A stretch of 64,000 nt of DNA from positions 21,266,001 to 21,330,000 of the forward strand of contig NC_043008.1 of assembly GCF_006345805.1 (NCBI RefSeq), in the 5' to 3' direction. Both the position numbers and the translations under genes were made by a program. Below are positions 53,651 to 64,000 of the stretch, piece after piece. The notes under the pieces were generated by a model, which was given only the letters and a program-made list of their open reading frames with translations, ran no database searches and was not told the DNA's origin. Source of the stretch: Octopus sinensis. Lineage: Eukaryota. The first letter of the stretch is position 1, and each line of letters starts with the position of its first letter.

Positions 53651-55389
53651 TTGCATACACTTATTTCACTCAAAGGAACTGGAGGCTTGAATATACTGTG
53701 AAGAGTTTTATCATCTTTCAAGAGAGTTGCAACAAAGGCAGTCCAGAAGCCAAGGGAAATAACTCGAATCTAATCCTGACTTATCTCCCTTAGCGTGACA
53801 AACACGGACGGTACAAGCGTATTGAGATATAAATGACGTAATGTAAATAAAATGTCAAATGTTTGGTGCGTGTATTTTGGCCCACCTTCTATATGTGTGT
53901 ATGTGTGCGTGCATGTGTTGTGTGTGTGTGTGTGTGTGTGTGTTACATTCTTAGCTTGTGAAGTATGATTGCGACATTTATAAGAGATTCTGATATTTAT
54001 GCCTTGTTATTTACAAAATATAATCATTGTGAAATAATATTTGATTTTTTTCACTTCGTCTTAACATCAGCGATAAAAAAAAATAGCAAAAAGAAAAAAA
54101 AAAGAATAATAAAAAAAGTACGAAAATGAAATGAAATGAAATGAATTTAGAACATTTCTAATTACTTTCATTGACATTTTCCTGTTTTTATCTGATAAAA
54201 TTCGTAATAAAAAAAAAGTCAATATTTAAACAGAGATACCATTTTCGTTTGTTCTCTCTCTGTTTTGTGTTGTCTTGAATTTAAAAAGTTTCCTCCTGTT
54301 TACAATGTAAGTATTGACTAAACTTAATACTCACAAATTCTAACTCTTCCCTCACATGTTTGCACACGTTAACCAACATCATTGCTGCTGTCTGCACCCA
54401 CTCTTTTTCTCGTTTGTTTCTGACCAATAGCTTGAACACCACCTCCCACAATTCTCCGTTTTCCTCTGTCCACAAACCCTATATTTATTTTTCGATCCCA
54501 CTGCTTTCATCTATTACCACAAAGGCTCACTGAAACAATACACTAACATTTTCTTTATTTTTTAAATTTAACTCTCTTGAAAAAGAGCATATGCTCGAAA
54601 TATAAATACATTTTCTGTGTCCTTGTTGCTGACAACATCAATGCTATAGGCGCATGTGTAGCTGTATGGTAAGAAGCTTGCTTCCTAACCACATGGTTCA
54701 GGGTTCAGTCCGACTGCATGGCACCTTGGGCAAGTGTCTTATGCTATAGCCTCGGGTCAACCAAAGCTTTGTGAGCCGATTTGGTAAAAGGAAACTGAAA
54801 GAAGCTTGTATATGCGCGCGCGCGCGCGCGTGTGTGTGTGTGTTCCTCACCAAAGTTTTACGAGTTGTGTTGGTGTGCTTACGTCCCTGTAAACTAGTGG
54901 TTCGTCAAAAGAGATCGATAGAATGAGTACGAAAATTAAAGAATTATGAGTACTGCGGTCGATTCATTCGGCTAAAAAGTCTCCAATGTGGTGCTACAGA
55001 ATGACCGTAGTGTAACGACTGAAATAAATACAAGATAAAAAAATAATAGAAAAATAGTTTTAGAAGACCGGTGTATATGACATATATAATGTGTATACAA
55101 ACGCCGAACGGCACGACCCGTAGTACTTTGTATCAGAGAAACTTCCCAAAATGACTCTAATGTCAAAAACACAGTGCGTCACTAGACACAGTGTATCGGC
55201 TTAATTTGATACTTGTCGGTGACGAATAGCTCGGAAGTTCTGAACTAAACCGGAAAATACATGTTCCAATATAGAAACCGGTAAACAAAACATTTACTAA
55301 CAATAATATTATTGCTTGTTTACACTTTTTCGATATCAGTGACTTTTCGTCACTGGAAAAAGGATATATGTATTTGCATCGGGTAGGCA

Positions 55390-55486
55390 CTTCACATCGA
55401 CAACCGGTGATTTATCACACGCTGATGACGGGTCAATACCCAGAAACCCGTGTCCGTGTGTATCACGTCAGGTTGAAGATGGGAAG
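55390..55486 (+). ncRNA. Type I hammerhead ribozyme with extended stem I
   Basis: Stem I cacacg (55416-21) pairs with cgtgtg (55455-60). Core CTGATGA at 55422-28. Stem II gggt-caat-accc. GAAA at 55443-46. Minimal stem III AC-ccgt-GT. Cleavage triplet GTC ends at 55454. Stem I continues outward as gtgat/atcac, caacc/ggttg, catc/gatg and cttc/gaag. Confidence 0.8.
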
Positions 55487-55511
55487 GATGACTTCCCTTT
55501 GCAAATACTGA

Positions 55512-55602
55512 TAGGGCGCAGAAAGCGTGTCAATAGCCAGCTGGAGGGGGGTGTCCTCCTGGGGCTACAAGCTACAGTAGCATCCACCCTTAAGGGTTAG
55601 CC
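55512..55602 (+). repeat. Structured repeat module downstream of the hammerhead (copy 1)
   Basis: About 90-bp homology to 62784-62873, with compensatory changes in predicted hairpins. Confidence 0.7.
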
Positions 55603-55999
55603 GCAAAATATTTACTGATTTGTACGAAAGCTACACATACTAGAATTAAAATCAAATACGTACTAGTTTTTATTTCATTACATTTCTGGTTTCCGAAGCA
55701 TTCCCACTCATTCTAGATTTCGGATTTGTCTAATAATGGTTTTATCATTTTCTTCTTCATATTTCCTCCTCTTCCTTCCCCAAATGTTTCCTTGTCTTCT
55801 AATGTTGCGAAAGCAAACAAGTTTCTGGGTTTGTTTATCAGATTGAAGCCTGTTCTTTCTTTTGCGACTAATCCATGGAGCTTCCATCATACCATCGTAT
55901 TCGTCATTGTAATAGTTAAGACCACATCCAGCGAATGTTCTGCTGCCTTTGTGATAGGAGATTGTATATTTAAGTTCCTAATCTTTGGACAGCTTATGT

Positions 56000-56430
56000 C
56001 TTCATCATCGCCATCATCATCCTCATCATCATCACCACCATCATCACCATCACCACCACTATCGTCATCGTCAAAACCAACATAACCATCACCATTATCA
56101 TCATCATCATCCTCATCATCATCACCACCATCATCACCATCATCACCACTATCATCATCGTCAAAACCAACATAACCATCACCATCATCATTATCACCAT
56201 CATCATCCTCATCATCATCACCACCACCATCATCACCATCACCACCACTACCATCATCGTCAAAACCAACATAACCATCACCATCATCATCCTCATCATC
56301 ATCACCACCATCATCACCATCACCACCACTATCATCATCATCAAAACCAACATATCCATCACCATCATCATCGTCGTCGTCGTCGTTGTCGTCTTCCTAA
56401 CCATCATCATCATAATCCCCAGCATCATAA
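56000..56430. repeat. (CAT/CAC)n-derived higher-order minisatellite, about four units marked by tcaaaaccaacata
   Basis: The marker recurs four times. It explains the poly-His and poly-Met ORFs. Confidence 0.85.
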
Positions 56431-57356
56431 TAATTCATCAGCATCTTCATCACCACTATAGTTACCACAGTAACCACCATCACTGCCAGCTTCATCATTA
56501 ATCATTAAAAAAAAAATTCTTTCTCATCATAAAAATTTTCCTCTTCCGTTTCTTCCACTTTTTCCGTTCTCCATGGCAGTTTCCCCATCATCTCCAATCC
56601 TCATGTGTAACCCCTATCACCGGTATGCTATGGAGAGGTACTACTGGGAAGAAGGACTTCGACTTCCTGGTCGTCGACTCCTGGCACTGAAGACGAGGCG
56701 GTATGTTTTTGTTAGCATCCTCGGAGCTGTAACCAGTCGCACACTCGGGACAGAAGCTTCTGAATATCTTGTCATTGTTATTACGCCTGGGTAACTTAAA
56801 ACAAAAGGAATGACCAGTTAAACAGGCCACTAATAACTAACGCTGAAAGATGTCAGATATTAAATGGATCAAGAATTTATAGCTCTATAGGGGTTCAACG
56901 AAGAGGAGTAGATTCAGCCCACTAGAGTTTGGGAACTGTGTAGCAGAGGTTGTATCCAACGAACTAGGAGGGTCATACGAATGAGACGATTTGGCGTGGC
57001 TGTTTGGACGATGGCGAGTTGGCACTGGAGTCAAACGCACAAGCGTGTCCGTGTGCAGAAATATACATATACAGATTGAGAGAGTGTCAGAGAGATAGAG
57101 AGATAGACAAGGGCCAGATATCAAGACCTCACCAATTTCCTGTCCAGCCACGCGGTCCTAGATATTCTTTCTAATGCATCTAGTGTCGCTGAAATGCATA
57201 TCTAATTTCTAACAAAATCATGTTATCCGCCTTGACCAATAGCATCCCATTTTCCAGTAGCCGGCTTCGACTTCCTGTATTTCTCATTCGGTAATCTGAA
57301 CCTAACGAGGTTAGAAGCCTGCGAAACTTTAAGTCACATAGTGCCGAACCAAACTG

Positions 57357-57747
57357 GGATCTTTTCGGTTTGAACGGCAGTTTTTTCTAGCGGTGTCATA
57401 TGAAATTGTCACCCATAATTATGACCCTAGTATCGATCTATTACATTTCAATCTATTTTAGGGTTAGGGGTGGGAGGAGGGGTACCTTTTTTCTTCACAA
57501 ATGTAAATAAATCCAATCTGTTTTTTTTAAACGAGAGACATATTCATACGGCACAGAATGTTTTTTTACCTCAATAGACGTCACTGATTGGTTGAAATTG
57601 CAGAAAAAGAACAACAAATATCTTACAAACCATAGAATGTTCTCAATAAAGCCAAGAGAAAATGATGTTTTATAAACACATTCTACCAGTATACGAAGTT
57701 TAAATTTTTTTAGTTACCTAGAAATTATGTTAAAACCGAAAAGATCC
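57357..57747. mobile_element. Merlin-like MITE, copy 2 (inverted, one TIR partly deleted)
   Basis: Homologous to 45196-45606. Flanks ccaaactg and tcaaacag match 6/8. Confidence 0.75.
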
Positions 57748-60718
57748 TCAAACAGTTCTAAATAACAGTAATAATAAATGTTAACAACAACAACAACAAC
57801 AACAATAATAATAATAATAATAATAATAATATTTACACCAATAATAATAATACACATACGTATACAGGAATTGGTATGTAGACATAAAATCTCCGATCGG
57901 CTCTATCGATTCTGTAGGTCTCTGACTGATATTTCCATTAAATCACTACTTCTTTTCTTTTTTGTAAAATTGCTTGCTGCATTTAGTTAAACTACGTAAG
58001 CAGAGCACAAATAACATCTTAAATCTCTCTCGTATTAAATCTCAAATAAAATATCTGAGCTCGGTAATTCATCGGTTTATGGTACTGGAACATTCTAATT
58101 ATTTAGACAAACTGCTGTCACTGTTGAAGGTATCAACAGTTCGCTTCACATAGAGTTGATAGAATGTTTGTTTTTTCTTCAAAGCTAAATGTGAATAAAA
58201 ACAGAATATAAACCAACTTACAAGTTTCTTTGATCTGGTGAAACTGAAAGGTCAAAATATTCCTGAAACTTTCAGAAAAAAAAAATCTAAAGAAAAATTT
58301 TACAACCTTCGTTGTATATGGTTATAAGTTTAACGAGTGCTTTGTTTGTTTAGTGATACGAATCGATCTCCGAAATTAATTTTGTGAAAAACTGATGCTA
58401 TCACACACATCGATCGAACTTTCCTTTCATGTTTACGCAACTCACATGAGATATTATTTTGGCACTATATACAACCACCTGGCTGTAAAACACACAGTTA
58501 TCATTAACTCTGCAATTCCATCCGTACTCCAAGGAATTGTTGTCGTCAGATATTTGCAGTTTGATTATCATAATGATAGCGTCGTTTTTTTTCTACAGCT
58601 GTAACTGACTTTGACGTTTTTCTTCTTAAACACCTTATTGATGATAATAAAGGAGATTCTCGTGAAATAAGGAAAAGCTCTTGTAGATGGCAACGGATAT
58701 TATAGGAGAAAAGGGGGAGGGAAAAACATCAACTCTAATTATATAAGACAAGTAAATTTGTTATTGTTTAACACCAATTTGGCACTGACCACAGATATTT
58801 ACGATCAAAAACATTGAAGCCAAGACTATAACGTCTATTTAGCGACTTAAGTAAACCTTAGATTACATGATACATAATGTTCCATTTTTTAAGCTGGTAG
58901 CGTGTGGTTTTAGTGGGGATGTAACAACTATTTATTGCAGGTCAAGCGACTGGTAATAAGCACTTTCGTTGGTTCATCAAATTACGTATTTTATACCTTT
59001 GATGAAAATAAGGTTTGTGAAGTGGCGAGAAGCTTCGGTATTTGCGACGCAGTTTCGATTCTCGGTCGACCTGCAAAACATTAACTTGCTTTTTTTTTCT
59101 CTGTTCTATGGTTGTAAATGCTGACATTTTTCATTCGTAATGTCTACTATGACGTTTCTTGGAATGTGGCCCAAGCAATATTTGAGATATTCTCATTTTA
59201 AAAATCACCTCCGGCTAATCGCTGAGAGGACGTTCGAGTTGCCTCGGCGGAGGTTTGCACTCCTTGAGTACTCTTGCTATTGCTTAAATTAAGCATTCTC
59301 ATTATCGTGTGACTGTGAAGGCATTCAAAAGGACAGAATTAATATTTGTTTCAAATTTTGGCACAAGGCCAGACATTTCGGGGAACTGGGTAAGTCAATT
59401 ATATCGACTCCAATGGTATTTATTTTATCGACCCTGCAGGGATGAAAGGCAAAGTCGACCTCGACGGAATTTGAACTCAGAACGTAAAGAGAGATAAAAT
59501 GCCGCTAAACATTTTGCCCGGTGTGCTAACGATTCTGCCACCTTGCCGACGTAGATGGAGTTAATACTGATTTCAAATATTGGCACAAGGCCAGCAATAT
59601 CGGAGAAGGTAGTAAGTCCATTAAACGACACCGGTGATCATCTGGTACTCATTTTATCGACCCTGAAAGGATGAAACGTGAAGTCGACTTCACGTTGAAC
59701 TCAGAATGTGAAAACAGACGAAATGCCTATTTCTTTACTACCCAAAAGGGGCTAAAGACAGAGAGGACAAACAAATAGATTAAGTCGATTATACCGACCC
59801 CAGTGCGTAACTGGTACTTAATTTATCGACCCCGAAAGGATGAAAGGCAAAGTCGACCTCGTCTGAATTTGAACTCAGAACGTAACGACAGACGAAATAC
59901 GGCTACGCATTTTGTCCGGCGTGCTAACATTTCTGCCAACTCGCCGCCTTCAGATGAAATTAATATTCATTTCTTTGTTGCCCACAGGGGGCTAAACATA
60001 GAGGGGACAAACAAGGACAGACAAACGGATTAAGTCGATTACATCAATCCCAGTGCATAACTGGTACTTATTTAATCGAATCCGAAAGGATGAAAGGCAA
60101 AGTCGACCTCGGCACGTAACGACAGACGAAATACGGCTAATCATTTCGCCCGGCATGCTAACGTTTCTGCCAGCACGCCGCCTTCAGATGAAATTAATAT
60201 TGCATAGTTAACTCGGATGTCACCACCTAAGTCATTTGCAAGGGTAATAATGGTGGTGAGCTGGCAGAATCGTTAGAGCATTGAGAAAAACAGAATGTTT
60301 TGCTGTATTTCTTCTTGGTCCTTAATTTCCGCGTTCAAATCTCGCCGAGGTCAATATTGCCCTTCAACCTTCCGACTAAGTTTGATGGTATCAAAGAAGT
60401 CCCTCTTTTCAAAATAGCTCTCTCCGTGCCTAATTCAAGAATCGTATGCAGCAGCAATAATGCACCGGCATTATCACTAAAACGAAAAGATTCTTTCAGA
60501 AAACTCTAATTTCAAAATAAAAGAAGAAAAAGCAAACAAAAGAGAAAAATACAAAAATAACAGCAAAAAAAAAAGAGTCTCTCATAATTTCACTCTGAAG
60601 AAAAAAGATAATTTTTAATTTATAATCTTCTGGTTTATTAAACATAAAGTAGGAATGTTTGTGTTTAACGTCTCATTTCCATTGCTTCAATGTCTGTCTC
60701 CTGGGATTAGTATTACAC

Positions 60719-60799
<81 letters not shown>

Positions 60800-61389
60800 T
60801 CACATGCATACAAAGTAGAGAAAAAATGTATGTGTGTATGTGTGCGTGTGTATAAATATTTATGTTTGTACACATATATGTACGTATATATGAATCATGT
60901 ATGTATGTATGTTTGTGTATATATATATATATATATATATAATGTATACACACACACACACATTATATATATATATATATAATGTATACACACACACATG
61001 AGGCCACCGGTTGGCAGAGTTGTTACAGTGTTGGATAGATTACTTTCCTGTTCAAGTTCTATCCCTGCAATGAAGTCGATTCTTTGTTTTCTCTCATTTT
61101 ATTTTGTTTTGTTTTGTTTGTTTGTTTGTTTGTTTCTTATTTATTTTCTTTGTTCTAGAAGAAATCAGATTGGAGATGCCTAACACATGACCGTTTCTTG
61201 CACTGAGTGCCTGAGACAACCCAAGCCTTTCTATATGTAGTGTTTCATTGAAGACGAAAAGACTATCTGGTGATCGGTTACGCGAAACTCTGAATAAGAG
61301 TTGTGAAGTCTTTTGAGATTAAAAAAAAAAAAAAAACCTCCAGAAAAAATACTATTTTTTTTACTTTTGGTATTCGAGGTCGCCACAGA

Positions 61390-61850
61390 GCGTCAAACTG
61401 GTGACGGAACTTTAAGCAATCTGGCGCCAGTACACAAAGAAGATTGATTCGGTGCGAAAGAAGAGCTACTGGGAGAAGTTAAATGAACCGAAGCTCTATT
61501 CTTTAGAGAGAAAACCTGAAAGATTTGTGGTGACGTACATACAAAAGATAATGGAAGGTCTGTCTCCCAGCTTTGGAAACGAAAGCTATACTAACCACTG
61601 ATCTGGACGGCACTGCATAGGGTCAAAGTTCCTGTCCAGATAAAGGACCCAGCGCTGTAACAGCTTGCGTTTTAAGGATTCACAACTATTCAACATTCTG
61701 CCAAACAACTTCAGAAATTTACGAGATGCAGTCGTGGAGGTCTTCTAAGCACGTTTGGACAAATTCTTATCAAACAGATGAAACCACTTCACGGTAGAAG
61801 ACACAGGGAAGAGTAGCTCTGCACAACTTGCTACTCCGTCAGAAACAATA
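61390..61850 (+). mobile_element. CR1/L2-group LINE 3' coding fragment
   Basis: YWEKLNEPKLYSLER...YIQKIMEGL...F and SQLFNILPNNFRNL...VF.ARLDKFLS motifs. Confidence 0.7.
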
Positions 61851-62393
61851 CAAAGAAATCCAGTCGCACATAAAGGCAGTGCTCCAGCATGGCTTCAGCG
61901 TCTGGTTGAAACCAGTTAAGTATAATAGATAAAAGACTGTATAGATTATTTCAATTGGTGTTCAGATTTTATATATATTTCTTTACTACCCACAAGGGGC
62001 TAAACATAGAGAGGACAAACAAGGACAGACAAAGGGATTAAGTTGATTACATCAACCCCAGTGCGAAACTGGTACTTTATTTATCGACCCCGAAAGGATG
62101 AAAAGCTAAGTCGACCTCGGCGGAATTTGAACTCAGAACGTAACGACAGACGAAACACCTATTTCTTTATTACCCACAAAGGGCTAAACATAGAGGGGAC
62201 AAACAAGGACAGACAAATGGATTAAGTCGATTACATCGACCTCAGTGCGAAACTGGTACTTTATTTATCGACCCCGAAAGGATGAAAGGCTAAGTCGACC
62301 TCGGCGTAATTTGATCTCAGAACGTAACGGCAGACAAAATACTGCTAAGTATTTCGCCCGGCGTGCTAACGTTTCTGCCAGCTCGCCGCCTTT

Positions 62394-62427
<34 letters not shown>

Positions 62428-62756
62428 TAATAATCCTTTCTACTAGAGGCACAAGGCCTCAGATTGTGGGGAAAGGACAAGTCGATTACATTGGTCCCAG
62501 CGTTTCATTGGTACTTTATTTATCGACCCCGAAAGAATGAAAGGCAAAGTCGACCTCGGCGGAATTTGAACTCAGAACGTAACGACAGACGAAATACGGC
62601 TACGCATTTCGCCCAGCGTGCTAACGTTTCTGCCAGCTCACACGCCTTTACAGATTTTATATATCAAGTAAAAGAGGTAGCCAGGGTTTTGGATAATTAT
62701 TTATTTAGCGCTTTGTTCTCGTTTCAGAGATTCATCGAAAGCGCTAAATAAGTAAT

Positions 62757-62903
62757 AATAAATCTCTGAACGAAGTATACCGTTAGGGCACAGAAAGTGT
62801 GCCTATAGCCAGCTGGAGACGATGGTCTCCTGGGGCTACAAGCTACAGTAACACCCACTCTTAGTGGTTAGCCATATTGAGATGGCAAATATACCTCACA
62901 ATT
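62757..62903 (+). mobile_element. Short insertion carrying copy 2 of the structured module, flanked by a 14-bp direct repeat
   Basis: gctaaataagtaat occurs at 62743-62756 and 62904-62917. Internal 62784-62873 is homologous to 55512-55602. Confidence 0.55.
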
Positions 62904-63754
62904 GCTAAATAAGTAATCATCCATAATTTTTACTATCTCCTTTTCTCTCTCTCTCTCTCCCTGTGTGTGTGTGTATACGCACACAGAGGTTAGGATTCGA
63001 ACTCACAGTCTTCAAATTAAACATATTCTAGCAACATTCTTAACTAACACATCTGGCGCAGAGATGTAACATAAGCTGAATTCGATTCCTCTGTGTGTAG
63101 GTGTGTATGTGTGTGTGTATGTGTGTGTGCGGCTATCTATATATGTGTGTGCGCATGCGAGAGTCTACGTATGAACCATTTCTCTGTAAGTAATTTAAGA
63201 GTACTGCGATAAGCAGAGTCAATAATCTTCTCATAGTTATCTCATATTGTGAGCTTAATTCTCATGTCGGCTTCAGAACGTGTTTTTCCTTTCTTTCATT
63301 CTTCCTTCCTTCCTTTCTTTTTTTTTTACGAGAAAGCTTTGATGTTATAAAACAGTAAAATAATCTTCTGTGTCTAACATTACAAACCCCAATCAATGTT
63401 GAGTTTCTTTTCTTCATCTCGTCTTGCTTTGTCTGGTCAGGTAGAATATTGGTTACAAGCAATTTTCTTCCATTCGATTGGTCATAAGGTTTTTTTCCTT
63501 TTTGATTTCGTATTTTATTTCCACTTTATGAGGCTATAAGTATATGTGGCACAGCGTGTTCGATTGAGTAAATAGGCAATAAACACTACAATGAACCGAA
63601 AGATCACTGGTTCGTATCACCACATTATTTCTGCGTTGTATCTCAAAGGAAACAAAAATAATAAAAATGGGGTACAACACTTGGGCGAAAAATACAACTT
63701 GTGTTTCGTTTGATGCAATGATTTATTTAACTCCACTCTACTTGTGGACTTTGT

Positions 63755-64000
63755 GGAGGCACGTGGCCTAGTGGTTAGAGAAGCGGACTCGCGATCGAGG
63801 GATCGCGGGTTCGAATCTCAGACCGGGCGATGCGTGTGTTTATGAGCGAAACACCTTAGCTCCACGTGGCTGCGGCAGAGGGTAACGGCAAACTTCTGCT
63901 GACTCTTTCGCCACAACATTCTCTCACTCTTCCCTCCTGCATCTTGCAGCTCACCTGCGACGGATCGGCGTCCCGTCCAGGTAGGGAACCTATACGCCAA
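63755..64000 (+). mobile_element. tRNA-derived SINE running off the window end
   Basis: A/B-box head ggaggcacgtggcctagtggttagag...gggttcgaatctc. Body is homologous to 10930-11200(-). Confidence 0.8.

Noticed and set aside
55560-55582. Twister-like loop ggctacaagc
   Set aside because: The P4 flanks do not pair, and there is no room for P2' or the GA-NNN pseudoknot partner.
55708-55960. Minus-strand open frame ELKYTISYHKGSRTFAG...IRNLE*
   Set aside because: No recognisable family, an in-frame stop just upstream, and a purine-rich rather than pyrimidine-rich upstream tract.
55985-56461. 158-aa histidine-rich protein
   Set aside because: It is a (CAT/CAC)n higher-order repeat without splice or start context.
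57295-57345. Second hammerhead-like string (ctaacga...gaaactttaagtc)
   Set aside because: The core is mutated (CTAACGA), stem II is poor and no stem I pairing exists.
63755-63830. tRNA genes (also 46450-46521, 32548-32620 and others)
   Set aside because: A/B-box heads run into shared SINE bodies, and acceptor stems are not intact.

Overview
AT-rich, repeat-dense animal genomic DNA, most likely octopod cephalopod (inferred from the SINE, RTE and Dong repeat families and the extreme microsatellite load), with one 100-N scaffold gap at 42571-42670. The left half holds the last five exons of a plus-strand protein-coding gene: 11996-12527, 13820-13995, 19541-19606, 30148-30250 and 33357-33565. 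All phases are compatible and give 361 aa ending in FSLF*. The low-complexity S/P/T-rich protein has an FSF-motif tail reminiscent of the synaptonemal-complex protein SIX6OS1/C14orf39. Most of the remainder is transposon debris: several tRNA-headed SINE families, RTE, Dong/R4 and CR1-type LINE fragments, Helitron helicase fragments and non-autonomous Helitrons, pogo-, Merlin- and piggyBac-like MITEs, and simple repeats. Nearly all long ORFs in the supplied track are microsatellite artefacts. The most interesting signals are: a type I hammerhead ribozyme in a long rod-like fold at about 55390-55486; next to it, a structured module that recurs with compensatory changes and a 14-bp direct-repeat flank at about 62757-62903; a near-perfect 281-bp palindrome downstream of the gene; and a SINE family that forms 184-bp concatemers at one fixed junction.
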